Assembly (NCBI GenBank): GCA_963849325.1
Contig: CAWKHF010000007.1
Location: 448,001 to 512,000, forward strand
Source: an uncultured Planctomycetota bacterium
Lineage (GTDB): Bacteria > Planctomycetota > Planctomycetia > Gemmatales > Gemmataceae
Direction of reading: 5' to 3'
DNA length: 64,000 nucleotides
The notes beneath the pieces are model-generated. The model made no database searches and was not told the DNA's origin. It saw only the letters and a program-made list of their open reading frames with translations. The position numbers and the translations under genes are program-made. Positions 10,717 through 22,151 of this stretch are shown here, one piece after another; the first letter of the stretch is position 1; each line of letters opens with the position of its first letter.

Positions 10717-13700
10717 ATGACCACGGTTTCGGTGCGCTGTCCTCATTGTCAGGCTGCCAACCAGGTCGCCGAGTCCGACCTGGACCGTGAGACCATTTGC
10801 CTGCACTGCCGGCAATCCTTCGTGCCCGCCCTGGCGAAAGACAGTTCCTCCAAGCGATCCTCGCCGTGGTGGTGGCTCTCTGATGACGCCTCTGGCTCGG
10901 CCCTGCCTCCGACGGTGCCGTGGGATGGTCGGCCGCGTGCCGATGCCGAATCCGTCGCCGACACCTGGAAGCCCGGCGACGTTATCCTCGATCTTTACGA
11001 GGTGCGCGAGGTCTTCACCAGCGGCGGCCGCGGCCTCGTCTACCGCGTGCGCCACCGCGGCTGGAACATGGACCTGGCCGTCAAGTGTCCGCGGCCCGAG
11101 TTTTTCCTCAGCGAGCAGGACAAGGCCGACTTCGAGCAGCGAGGCGGAGACGTGGGTGAAGCTCGGTCTGCACCCGCACCTGGTCACCTGCCATTACGTC
11201 CGCCGACTGGGTGGCATCCCGCGCGTCTTTGCCGAGTACGTCTCCGGCGGCAGCCTGGCCGAGTGGATTCGTTCGCGGAAGCTGTACGCGGGTGGGCCGA
11301 GCCGGGCACTGGAGCGCATTCTCGATGTATCCATCCAGTTCGCCTGGGGTCTGCAGCACGCTCACGAGCAGGGGTTGGTACACCGCGACGTCAAGCCGGG
11401 CAACGTCCTACTGACGAGCGACGGCATCGCCAAGGTCACCGACTTCGGCATGGCCAAGGCGCGTGGGACAGTCGGGCACGCGGTCGCGGACAATGGGCAG
11501 GGGAGCATCCTGGTCAGTGCGGGAGGACTGACGCCAGCCTTCTGCTCGCCCGAGCAGGTGCAGGGCCGGCCCGTGTCGCGCAAGACCGACATCTGGAGCT
11601 GGGGCGTGTCGCTGTTGCACGTGTTCGTCGGCTCGACGCCGTGGTCGGCCGGCTACCTGGCCGACGGCGTGCTGGCCGACTATCTGCAGCGCGGCCCGTC
11701 CGAGAGTTGCCTGCCGTCCATGCCGCCGGCGCTGGCCGACCTGCTGCGGCAGTGCTTCCGTCCCGACCCCAACGAACGGCCGCGCGACATGCTGGAAATC
11801 GTGGCCGTCCTGCAACGGCTGTACGGGCAGACGATGGGCCGGCCGTACCGCCGCGAGCCTCCGCAGGCCGTCAAGGCGCACGCCGATTCTCTCAACAATC
11901 GGGCCTTATCGCTGCGTGACCTGCACAAGCACGACGAGGCGGAACGTCTGTGGCAGGAGGCGCTGACGGTCAGCGCCCAGCACCCGGAATCGACGTACAA
12001 TCTCGGCCTGACGCGCTGGCGGGCCGGCCGGCTGAGCGGGGAGTCTCTGCTGCAACAACTACGCGATGTTTGCCTCGCACATCGGGGCGAATGGCTGCCG
12101 CCGTATTTGTTGGCCCGCGTGCAGCTGGAGCAGGCCGATTGGCACGCGACCGTCCAGACGCTGGAGAGCGTCACCGGCGCAGGGGCCGAGCTGGACGAAG
12201 TTCGGGCCGCGCGCGAGGCGGCGCGCGAGTGCCTGAATGATGGCGGCCAGCTCGTGCGCCGCTTGTCCGGACACACCGGCTGGGTCTCCTCGGTGTGCGC
12301 CGGCCGCAATGGCCGCTCGGCCCTGTCCGGCAGCGCCGACGGCTCTCTCAAACTGTGGAGTATCTCTAGCGGCCATTGCCTGCGCACGTTTCAGGGACAT
12401 TCCGGGTGGGTTACGTCGGTTGGTCTTAACGGCGACGGGCGCCTGGCTCTGTCGGGCAGCGCCGACCGCACGCTTCGGCTTTGGCAGACCGCCGACGGGC
12501 AATGCCTGCGCATCCTGCAAGGGCACGCCAACTGGGTGCTCGCCGCGGCCCTGAGCGCCGACGGGCGGCTGGCACTGTCCGGCGGCGGCGATGGTGCAGT
12601 CAAGTTGTGGGAGACCGCCACGGGCGCCTGCCTGCGTACCCTCGACGGCCACGAAGGCCCTGTTCTCGCCGTGTGTTGGAGTGCCGATGGACGGCACGTC
12701 CTGTCCGGCAGCCGGGACCGCACGCTCCAGTTGTGGGAGGCCGGCAGCGGGCAGCGCCTGCGCACGTTCATCGGACACGCCGACAAGGTAGCGGCGGCGG
12801 CGCTGAGTGCCGACGGGCAGTACGCCCTGTCCGGCGGCGCCGACCGCACGCTGCGGTTGTGGGACGTCGCCACCGGACGCTGTGTACACCCTTTCGAGGG
12901 GCACCAGGCGGGGGTGACATCGGTCTGCTTCAGCGGCGGCGGCTGTTATGCCCTGTCCGCCAGTGAGGACCGCACGGTCAAGGTCTGGCAACTCACGACA
13001 GGCCGTTGCCTCGCTACCCTGGAAGGCCACGCCGGCACGGTGCATTCGCTCTGCTTGGCCGGGGGAGGCCGGCGGATGTTATCGGCCAGCGCGGACACAA
13101 CGCTGGCCTTGTGGACCGTGCCCGGCGATCAGCCCGCTCCCTACGTCCTCTCGCGCGTGCTGCCGAGTGACATCGAGATGTCAGCATGGACGGAGTACGA
13201 GCGGGCGCTGGAGGGGCGCGACAGGCGCTCGCCGCTGGCGATGCCGTCCGCGCCGCCGGCTACGTGCGCAAGGCTCGTTCGCAGCCGGGCCACGGCCGCC
13301 GACCGGAGTCCATGAACCTGTGGGGCCGCCTATACGTCCATTTGCCGCGTCCGGCGCTGCAGGGCGGTTGGGGCGGGCCGACCCTGGCCGAGCATACCGA
13401 GGCGGTGACATCGGCCTGTCTCGCTGCCGACGGTCGGTTCGCCCTGTCCGGCAGTGCCGATCGCACCCTCAAGTTGTGGGAGCCGGCCACCGGCCGCTGT
13501 CTGCACACCTTCGAGAGCGACATGGGCGGGGTAACGTCCGTGAGTCTCAGCGGCGACGGCCGCCTGGCCCTCTCGGCCAGCAACGATGCCGCCCTGAAAC
13601 TCTGGGACGTCCGCGCCGGCCACTGCCTGCGCACCTGCCGCGCGGACCTGGACGTTCTCACTTCGGTAGCGCTCGAGCGCCGACGGCCAGCTGGCCATGT

Positions 13701-14676
13701 CCGCCAGCATCGACGGTACGGTTCACCTGTGGGACGCGGCCACCGGCCGGCTGCTCCGCGTTCTCCGCGGCCACACCGGCCCCGTCCACTCGGTCGCGCT
13801 GAGCGCGGACGGTTGCCACGCCCTGTCCGGCAGCGCCTTCTTCGTCATCCGCAACGATGGCGAACGTCTCTTCACCTGCGGGCAGCTGAAACTGTGGGAC
13901 ACGGCGACCGGCCGCTGTCTGCCGGCCTTCGAGAGCGAGACCGGCGCCGTGACCGCCCTGGCCCTCAGTGCCGATGGCCGCTACGCACTGACAGGCGGCG
14001 GTCAGTCGGTCATCCAGCGCGACAATGGACGGTTCGTGCAGTCCGGCCTCCTCCATCTGTGGGAACTGTTCACGGGCGGGCGCCTCCGCACTTTCGTCGG
14101 CCATCAGGGCGCCGTCACCTCGGTTTGTCTGAGCTTCGATGGCCGTTTCGCCCTGTCCGGCAGCACCGATGCCACGGTTCGCCTGTGGGACGTTGCCGGC
14201 GGGCCGTGCCTGCGCACCTTCGCTGGACACGCCGACGCCGTCACGTCGGTCGCTTTCAGCGCCGATGGCCGCTACGCTCTGTCGGCAAGTGCCGACCGCA
14301 CGCTCAAGGTGTGGATTCTCGACTGGGACTTGACCGACCGCGAACTGGCGGACTGGGATGAGGAGGCGCTGCCGTATCTGCAATCGTTTCTGTCGCAGCA
14401 CACGCCCTATGCCACTCCGGCGCCGAATCGCAAACGGAGCGTGGCGGAGATGGTACGCTCACCCCTGTCGCGCCTGTTCCAATCCGCGCCGGATGAGGAA
14501 GAGCGCTCCGATCCTTGACGCGGCAGGGACCGCCGGCATGGACGGAGAACGACTTCCAGGTCCTGCTCCGCAAGCTCGGTCATGCGGGTTACGGCTGGTT
14601 GCGGCCCGAAGGCGTTCGCCGGAAACTGGCACGGCTGGCACTCGGCTGGAAGGGGCCATCCCGGACGGAATTCTGA
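10717..14676 (+). CDS. Zn-finger/Ser-Thr kinase/TPR/WD40 protein, several frameshifts
   Basis: CPHC..CLHC, DLAVK, HRDVKPGN, KVTDFG, SPEQ, DIWSWG, many WD repeats, C-terminal GYGWLRPEGVRRKL ending TGA 14676. Confidence 0.85.
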
Positions 14677-14710
14677 TCCTCTCTCCCTCCCGACACAGGT
14701 TGAGCGAGAC

Positions 14711-15412
14711 TCACGGCTCCTCCGAGCGCAGGCGCGTCCGCTGGGCGGTCGATCCGACTGCTTCTCCCTTGCAACACGAACACTTCATGTCGCGGCACCA
14801 CTCATCCGGTTCGTCCGGGTCGCGCAGGGCCATCGCCTCCATGAACTCGCGGTATCGCCGGGAATACGTACCGTTGAAGAAGACGAGCTGGATGTGCTCC
14901 TCCGCATCAAGGTGGAAACGCAGGCTGTACGGTTTCAGCAGGGCGATGCGGCGGCGCTGCGTCCGTTCTTCCACCCACCAGGACGAACCGCGGCGGGCGG
15001 CGTCCTCGACGCGCGTCATCAAGTCGTCGATGAGCAGGCGGAACTCGCGGACGGTGTTGCCGTTGATGGCCGTCGCCGACACGGGGGCCTGCATGCGCGC
15101 CTTGATGCGCGGTTCCTCGGCTACCCTCCCGCCCCGGTTCCAGGCGGCGATCCAGGCGTTTAGACGCGGCCCCCAGTCCGGCCGGGATGTATCGGTTCGG
15201 ATGAGGATAGCCGGATCCTGGTTGGTCAAGGCGCTCTCCAGGAGCGTATCGAAGGCGTTCGTTTCGACGTAGCTGATGACGGTCGGCTGGATGTCGGGCG
15301 GAGGCGGTTCGTGGTAGGGCCGAGTGACGCGGGTGTTTCGGCAGCTGAGCGCGGAGGCGCAAAACAGGGGCAGGGCCAGCACGAACCATCTTCGGTTCCG
15401 GTCTCGCGTCAT
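14711..15412 (-). CDS. Hypothetical lipoprotein
   Basis: MTRDRNRRWFVLALPLFCASALSC signal/lipobox, intact ORF. Confidence 0.65.
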   Translation of the reverse strand: MTRDRNRRWFVLALPLFCASALSCRNTRVTRPYHEPPPPDIQPTVISYVETNAFDTLLESALTNQDPAILIRTDTSRPDWGPRLNAWIAAWNRGGRVAEEPRIKARMQAPVSATAINGNTVREFRLLIDDLMTRVEDAARRGSSWWVEERTQRRRIALLKPYSLRFHLDAEEHIQLVFFNGTYSRRYREFMEAMALRDPDEPDEWCRDMKCSCCKGEAVGSTAQRTRLRSEEP

Positions 15413-15545
15413 CGGGGCCACCTGCGATCGGTCTGGCGCGCACCCTCGCCGCCCGGGCACGGAGATTCGCGCGGGTATCTGCTCAAGGAATGACGCGGCT
15501 ATGTCAAAAAATCGCCGACGTGTCCAGGGCAATTTCGTCGCGCGG

Positions 15546-16286
15546 TCAGCGTTTGCCATTCCAGGCGGGCTGTGTGTACTTGCCGGCGATTAGCTCCTCG
15601 ATCCGTCGCCGTTGATCGGGGGTCCAGTCATCGGGTTGAAGCATCCAGGCTGTCCGCCTCGTGAAATGCTCGGCCACGGCGGCGCAGAGAGATTCGGGAG
15701 AGATGGTCAAACCTGTGAGTTCGCGGATGCCGGGCAAAGCCAGCGCAAACGGACTGGCGGCGAGGAGAATGCCGCCGTGTTGCAGCAGGGCGCCGCGCTG
15801 CTTCCGCTGGGCGCTGCCGGCCACCTTGACCTCGCCGAGGAGCAGATCGCCCGGCGTGTGATGGAGAAAGCAGAGGACGTCGCCGAGCTTTTTCTCCTCG
15901 TCGTCGCCGCAGGCGCGGACGGTCACGCCCCGATCGGCGAAGGCGTCGGTGAGGATGGCGTGCATGCGACGCAGCCAGGATTGGCCGTGTTTCTGCCAGG
16001 GCGCCCCGGCGGGCAGGGCCAGGGCGTAGGTCACTTCGAGATGATGCACCAGGGCCGCCCCGCCCGACGGCCGCCGCACCCAGGCCAGCTCCTCCAGCCG
16101 AGGGTAAGCCCGACGAACCGCCTCGGGCTGAAAGTAGCCGAGGCTGAGTGTCGGTTGCGACCAGCCGTAAAAGCGCAGAGACGCGATGCCGGCGACGGCC
16201 GCCTCCAGCAGCACCTCATCGGCGGCCATGTTCCACGCCCCGTCGGCGACGTGGAAGGGCAACAAGCGACAATGCGGAGGTTGCAT
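15546..16286 (-). CDS. Lipoate-protein ligase / octanoyltransferase (LplA/LipM family)
   Basis: NMAADEVLL, LRFYGWSQPTLSLGYFQ, VRRPSGGAALVH, KVAGSAQ, LQHGGI; follows gcv genes. Confidence 0.88.
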   Translation of the reverse strand: MQPPHCRLLPFHVADGAWNMAADEVLLEAAVAGIASLRFYGWSQPTLSLGYFQPEAVRRAYPRLEELAWVRRPSGGAALVHHLEVTYALALPAGAPWQKHGQSWLRRMHAILTDAFADRGVTVRACGDDEEKKLGDVLCFLHHTPGDLLLGEVKVAGSAQRKQRGALLQHGGILLAASPFALALPGIRELTGLTISPESLCAAVAEHFTRRTAWMLQPDDWTPDQRRRIEELIAGKYTQPAWNGKR

Positions 16287-16300
16287 GAATCTAAAACGGC

Positions 16301-16636
16301 TTACGTCGGCCGGCGAAGTTTGACGGCGGTGCCGTAGGCCAGCACCTCGGTCACGCCCTGCGCGAACTCGGTGGCGTCGTAACGCATGGCGAGGATGGCG
16401 TCGGCGCCGCGCTCCTGGGCGTGCTCGACCATGCGGACGTACGCCTCCGAACGCGCCTGTTCGCAGACCTCCTCGTAGGCCTTGATGTTGCCGCCGAGGA
16501 TGCTCGAAAAGGCGCCGCGGATGCCCTGCGTGATGGTCTGCGCCCGCACGACGATGCCGCGCACGATGCCGAGATATTCCTCGATCTCGTAACCTTCCAG
16601 ACTGTTCCCGGTAGTGACCGCGACACGTTTGGCCAT
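16301..16636 (-). CDS. YbjQ / UPF0145 family protein
   Basis: VTTGNSLEGYEIEEYLGIVRG...GADAILAMRYD...VLAYGTAV. Confidence 0.92.
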   Translation of the reverse strand: MAKRVAVTTGNSLEGYEIEEYLGIVRGIVVRAQTITQGIRGAFSSILGGNIKAYEEVCEQARSEAYVRMVEHAQERGADAILAMRYDATEFAQGVTEVLAYGTAVKLRRPT

Positions 16637-16701
16637 GATTGCCTCCCAGGTAAAAAGATGAAGCCCCCTGGAAGTTCTTCGTACTTCCGCCTCCGCGCAT
16701 T

Positions 16702-18160
16702 TCATTCGGACGCCGGCTTCCAGCGCAGCAGCGGCTCCTTGGCCGCCTTAACCTCGTCGGGCCGGCTCAGGGCCAATTCGTGCGGCGCCTCGTGCAGGAA
16801 GTCGGCGTCCTCGTCGCGGATGCGGATCAGTGCGTCCGCGAAGGCGTCGAGCGTCTCCTTGCTCTCCGTCTCGGTCGGCTCGATCATCAGCGCCTCGGGC
16901 ACCACCAGCGGGAAATAGACCGTCGGCGCGTGGTAGCCGAAATCGAGCAGACGCTTGCCGATGTCCATGGCGCTGATTTTGCGCTCGCGCGCGCAGTGCT
17001 GCGAGCGCTGGCGACGAACTCGTGCATACAGCGGTCGCCATGCGGCACGTCGTAGATGCCCTTGAGGCGGCTGAGCAGATAATTGGCGTTGAGCACGGCG
17101 TTCTCGCTGACCTCGCGCAGGCCGCGCGGCCCCAGCGTGCGGATGTACAACCAGCCGCGCAGCAGGATGCCGACGTTGCCGAAGAAGCTGCGCACCCGGC
17201 CAATCGACTTCGGCCGATCGTAGTCGAGGTGATAGCGCTCGCCGGAGCGGGCCACCAGCGGCGCGGGCAGGAAGGGGACCAGCGGCTGCGCGCACGGCGA
17301 TGGGACCGGCTCCGGGGCCGCCGGCGCCGTGCGGGCCGGTGAATGTCTTGTGGACGTTGTAGTGCATCATGTCCACGCCGAAATCGCCCGGCCGAGTGAC
17401 GCCGAGGATGGCGTTCATGTTGGCGCCGTCGAGGTACACCAGCGCCCCCTGTTGATGCAGCAACTCCGTAATGGTGGCGATCTGATCGTCGAACAGGCCG
17501 AGCGTGTTCGGATTGGTAATCATGAACACGGCGGCGCGAGTCGTCGAGCTTGGCGCGCAGGTCGTCGAGATCGACGAGTCCGCGTGCGTTGCTCTTGACG
17601 CTGACGGCGTCGAAGCCGGCCAGAGCGGCGCTGGCGGGATTGGTGCCGTGAGCGCTGTCGGGGATGAGCACGCGGGACCGTTTCTCGCCGCGGTCGCGGA
17701 AATACGCCGCCGCCACGAGCAGGGCGGTCAATTCGCCCTGGGCGCCGGCGGCCGGCTGCAAGGAGACGCCGTCGAGTCCGGCGATCTCGGCCAGAATGTT
17801 CTGCATCTCCCACAGGATGCGCGAGCATGCCCTGGCACGACTCGTCGCTTTGCAGTGGGTGCAGGTCGGCCAGGCCCGGCAGGGCGGCGAGGCGCTCGTG
17901 CCGCTTGGGGTTGTACTTCATGGTACACGACCCAAGCGGATAGAAATTGGTGTCGATGGACATGTTGCGATTGGACAGGTTGACGAAATGGCGGACCAGG
18001 TCGATCTCGCCGACCTCGGGCAACGGCGGCGGCGCGTCGGCGAGCGCGTCGGCAGGAAGCAGGTCGCGCCGGCCGGCACGTCGCACGCCGGCAGACGGTG
18101 CGTGCGCCGCCCCGGATGGCTCATCTCGAACAGCAATTCGGTCGATTGGCTTTTGTCCAT
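16702..18160 (-). CDS. gcvPB: Glycine dehydrogenase subunit 2, frameshifted
   Basis: [64 protein letters not shown]. Confidence 0.93.
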
Positions 18161-18169
18161 AAACAAATT

Positions 18170-18266
18170 AACCACGGATGAACACAGATGAACACGGATA
18201 AGACAACAAATAATGCCATTGTCCCGGTTGTGTTTTATCTGTGTTTATCTGTGTTCATCTGTGGTT
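18170..18266. repeat. Nonamer-repeat palindrome (ACACAGATG)n with AT-rich spacer
   Basis: aaccacggatgaacacagatgaacacggataa ... ttatctgtgtttatctgtgttcatctgtggtt; supplies gcvPA C-terminus and stop. Confidence 0.88.
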
Positions 18267-19652
18267 CCTTTTCTTTCGAGTATGGAGTGGCTCCGTTGGG
18301 AGAGGCGCCGTTCGCCGCGGACCATGCCGACACCAGGCCGTCGATCTCGTCACGGGTCCGTTTTTCCGTGACGGCCACGCTCAGGCACGCCGCCAATTCC
18401 GGATACCAACGACCCAGGTGCAGCCCGGCGTGATAACCCCGATCGAGCAGACGCGCCAGCAGTCCCGGCACCGATTCGTCCACCTGCAGCGTGAACTCCT
18501 TGAAAAACGGACGGTCGAAGCGGAGGCGGACGCCCGGCAGCTGCGTCAGTCGCTCGGCGGCGTAGTGGGCCTTGCGCGTACACAACTCGGCCGTCTCCCG
18601 TAAGCCGTGCGGTCCCAGGGCGGCGAGGTAGACCGTCGCTTTCAGGGCCATCAGCCCCTGGTTGGTGCAGATGTTGCTCGTCGCCTTCTCGCGGCGGATG
18701 TGCTGCTCGCGCGTCTGCAACGTCAGCACCCAGCAGCGTCGGCCGCGGCGATCCGTCGTCTGGCCCACCAGCCGGCCCGGCATCTTGCGGACATACTCTT
18801 CGCGGCAGGCCAGCAGGCCCAGGTAGGGACCGCCATAGCTCAGCGGATTGCCCAGGCACTGCCCCTCGGCGATGGCGATGTCGGCGCCGTACTGGCCGGG
18901 CCGCTTCAGCAGACCCAGGCTGATCGGGTCGAAGCTGACGATGAACAGGGCGCCGGCGTGCGCGAGCGACGTTCGCCAGCGCCTCGGGTTCCTCCAGGCA
19001 GCCGAAGAAATTCGGGTGCTGCGCCACCACGCACAAGGTTTGATCGTCGGCGGCACGCTTCAAATCGTCCGGGTCGAGGAAGCCGCCCGGCGTCGGCAGC
19101 GTTTCGACGCGCAGGTCGAGGTTGGCGATGGTAGGTGGCCAGCGCCTGCCGGTATTCGGGGTGGAGGCTCTCGGCGATGAGCACCTTGTGCCGCTTGGGG
19201 TGGACGCTCCAGGCCATGAGCACGGCCTCGGCCACGGCGCTGCCGCCTTCGTACAGGCTGGCGTTGGCCACGTCCAGGCCGGTGAGCTGGCAGATGAGCG
19301 TTTGAAACTCGAAGAACGCCTGCAAACTGCCCTGGCTGGCCTCGGCCTGGTAGGGCGTGTAGGCGGTGTAATACTCGCTGCGGCCGGCGATGGCGTCCAC
19401 CACGGCGGGGATGAAGTGGTCGTAGACGCCGCCGCCGAGGAAGCAGACAGCGTCGCCCGCCGGTCGATTGCGGCCGGCCAATTGACGCGCCTGGGCCGTC
19501 AGCTCCATTTCGCTGAGTGCCTCGGGTACTCGCAGCGGGCGATTCAGCCGCAGTTGCGGCGGGATGTTGGCGAACAGTTCCTCGATCGAGGAGACACCGA
19601 TGGCCGCGAGCATCGCGCGCTGGTCTTCGGGAGTGTTGAGGACGTAGGACAA
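18235..19652 (-). CDS. gcvPA: Glycine dehydrogenase subunit 1, frameshifted
   Basis: FLGGGVYDHFIP, YTAYTPYQAEASQG, TLQTREQHIRREKATSNICTNQ. Confidence 0.93.
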
Positions 19653-19672
19653 GCCAGAACTCCGAAACAGGG

Positions 19673-20383
19673 TCAAGGATTGGCCCCAGGGGGCGGGGAT
19701 TGTTGCTGTTGCTGCCATGCTTGACGAAGGGGGAGGACTCGCTCGCGCGCCCAGCGCTTGATAATTTGGAAGCGGTCCCGTTGATCCGGCACATGAAGAC
19801 TTTGCTGAAGTACCGGCATTATTTCCGATATCGGCAAGTAGGGTAGGGCCGCACTGCGCGGCGATTCTTGATAGGTGCCATCCGATCCAAGGAGGTGAAT
19901 GTGCCATTCTTCTCCGTCGAAGCGCCAGATCTCGGGAAAGCCTAGGCCGGCGTAGACGCCTAGACGATCCAGGCAGCTACTCATGATGTCCACTTCCAAA
20001 GCGAGATCCGGCGGCGGATCACGGTCGAGGTTCAGTGTCTCCCAGTCCCCGACCTTGGACATACTACCGAGGTAAAAACAATCGTCCGGCTCCAGACCGC
20101 GATCTCGGATGCGCCGCCGCAGTGTCGGACCTCCCAGGGCATGAAAGGGAAAATCCAACTCCTGGGCCAAGATGATCATAAAATGTCCGAACCAAACCTT
20201 AATCGTCTCATGGATGAGTAACGGCGACATGAATTCGAGGTTCCCTCGGTCATACGTGACTCGGACGTGCTGTTCGTTCAGCGCCTCGACGATCTTCTCG
20301 TAGGCGTCCCAGCCGATATTCCACAGCACGAAGCGCTGACGCGGTTCCAGCTTGGTCGCAGGTGGTTGGACCAGGATGTTCAT
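19673..20383 (-). CDS. Uma2 family (DUF820) putative endonuclease
   Basis: VRVTYDRGNLEFMSP..HE, GLEPDDCFY, PPPDLALEVD, YAGLGFPEIWRFDG. Confidence 0.88.
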   Translation of the reverse strand: MNILVQPPATKLEPRQRFVLWNIGWDAYEKIVEALNEQHVRVTYDRGNLEFMSPLLIHETIKVWFGHFMIILAQELDFPFHALGGPTLRRRIRDRGLEPDDCFYLGSMSKVGDWETLNLDRDPPPDLALEVDIMSSCLDRLGVYAGLGFPEIWRFDGEEWHIHLLGSDGTYQESPRSAALPYLPISEIMPVLQQSLHVPDQRDRFQIIKRWARERVLPLRQAWQQQQQSPPPGANP

Positions 20384-20407
20384 GGCTTACTTCTCCCGTA
20401 ACCTCGC

Positions 20408-20795
20408 TCAATGCTCCTCTGACGCGATCTGCTGTTGATATTGCTCGTAAGTCATCAGGTGGTCCAGTGTCGTGCCTTTCTCGACCTTGACCTTGATGAG
20501 CCAACCTTTGCCGTAAGGGATCGCTGGAGATCAGCGTCGGGTCCGTCTCCAGCTTTTCGTTGATGGCGAGGATGTCGCCGGTGATCGGCGAATACAGGTC
20601 GCTGACCGCCTTGACGGACTCGATCTCGCCGAAACTGTCGCCGGTGGAGACCGGATCGTCGATGTCGGGCATGTCGATGTAAATGATGTCGGTGAGCTGT
20701 TCCACGGCGAACTGCGTCAGGCCGATGGTGCAGACGTTGCCTTCGAGGCTGGCCCACTCGTGGGTCTTGGCGTAGCGGAGCGTTTGGGGGTCCAT
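20408..20795 (-). CDS. gcvH: Glycine cleavage system H protein, one frameshift
   Basis: LRYAKTHEW, GEIESVKAVSDLYSPITG with lipoyl-lysine. Confidence 0.93.
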
Positions 20796-20819
20796 GAGGT
20801 TCTCGCTTGTGATCGTGGT

Positions 20820-20851
20820 CGCTTGCGGCTTAGCGCGAAGCCGCAAGCGGC
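20820..20851. repeat. REP-like palindrome, family C (GCCGCTTGCGGCTTAGC)
   Basis: cgcttgcggcttagcgcgaagccgcaagcg; related copies at 31853, 36943 and 62304. Confidence 0.75.
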
Positions 20852-21933
20852 TTATTCCTTAGATCGGCGGTAGAACGGCAGGGCCACGACGCGGGCCGCC
20901 TCCGCCTTGCCGCGCACGTCCACGGTGCAGACGGTGCCCACGGCCATGTGGGCCGGATCGACGTAGGCCATGGCGATGGCCTTGCCCAACGTCGGCGTGA
21001 CCGTGCCGCTGGTGACGCGGCCGATGGCCTGGCCCTCGTGCAGGACCGTCGCCCCTTCGCGGGCGGCGCGGCGGCCCTCCAGCTCCAGACCGACGCGGCG
21101 CGGCAGATGGGTGTCATCGCGGCGGCGACGCAAGGCATCACGGCCGAAGAAGTCGCCCTTGTCCATCTTGACCGCCCAGCCCAGTCCGGCCTGGAACGGG
21201 TCGATGTCCTCGCTCAGCTCGTGGCCGTACAGCGGCATGGCCGCCTCCAGGCGCAGCGTATCGCGGGCGCCGAGGCCGCACGGCTTGGCCCCGCGCCGGA
21301 CTAGCTCCTCCCACAACTCGACCGCTTGCGCCGCCGACGCCAGGATCTCGATGCCGTCCTCGCCGGTGTAGCCGGTGCGGCTGACGACGCAATCCTCGCC
21401 GTGGTAGCGCGTCGGCCGTGGCGTGATAGTAGGCGAGCTGTTCGGCATCGGTCTCGGTCAGACCGCGGCACAAGGCCAAGGCTCGCGGTCCCTGCACGGC
21501 GATCATACAGGTTGTCGTCGTCTGGTCCGTAACATCCACCGATCGGCCATCCTTGTGCCGGGCGAGCCAGTCCACGATCTTGCCGCGATTGGAGGCGTTG
21601 ACGACCATCGCCCAGCCGTCGGGCCAGCGGTAGACCAGCACGTCGTCGCGGATGCCGCCCTGCTCGTTGCAGACCAGGCCGTAGCGGACCTGGCCGTCCT
21701 TCATGGTGGCGGCGTTGTTGGTGTAGACCTGCTGGATCAGGGCCAGGGCGTCGGGACCGGCGAAGGACAGCCGGCCCATGTGGCTGATGTCGAACAGGCC
21801 GGCCGCGGTGCGCACGGCCGTGGTGCTCCTCGACGATGCTGGTGTACTGCACCGGCATGTCCCAGCCGCCGAACTCGACCATGCGGCCGCCGTGCCCGAC
21901 GTGCCAGTCATACAGGGGAGTGCGTAACGCCAT
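20852..21933 (-). CDS. gcvT: Aminomethyltransferase (glycine cleavage T), frameshifted
   Basis: [49 protein letters not shown]. Confidence 0.93.
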
Positions 21934-22151
21934 GATCGTCCCTTCGCGGCCCGGAGAAGCAGAACGGGGCAAGTCTAATCCTATCGCCCCGTTGCGGTCA
22001 AGTGCGCCGCTTGCCCCGACGACTATCGTGTATGGTAGGCGCGGCGCCGTCGTTCTCCAAGCGGGTTTGTGCGTCCCAGACCAATGCGGTAGGATGCGGA
22101 GAGGAAGGGATTCTCTTCGCTCGGGACACGGATGGAATAGGAGGGTGAACG

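Noticed and set aside
12240-14330. Repeated ~126-nt units resembling an array
   Set aside because: These are WD40 coding repeats, not CRISPR or a non-coding array.
18170-18266. Mini-CRISPR interpretation of the nonamer elements
   Set aside because: Arms are inverted rather than direct, there is a single spacer and no cas genes are present.
21934-22151. Glycine riboswitch upstream of gcvT
   Set aside because: No recognisable GGAGA...CCGAAG...CTCTCAGG aptamer on the minus strand.
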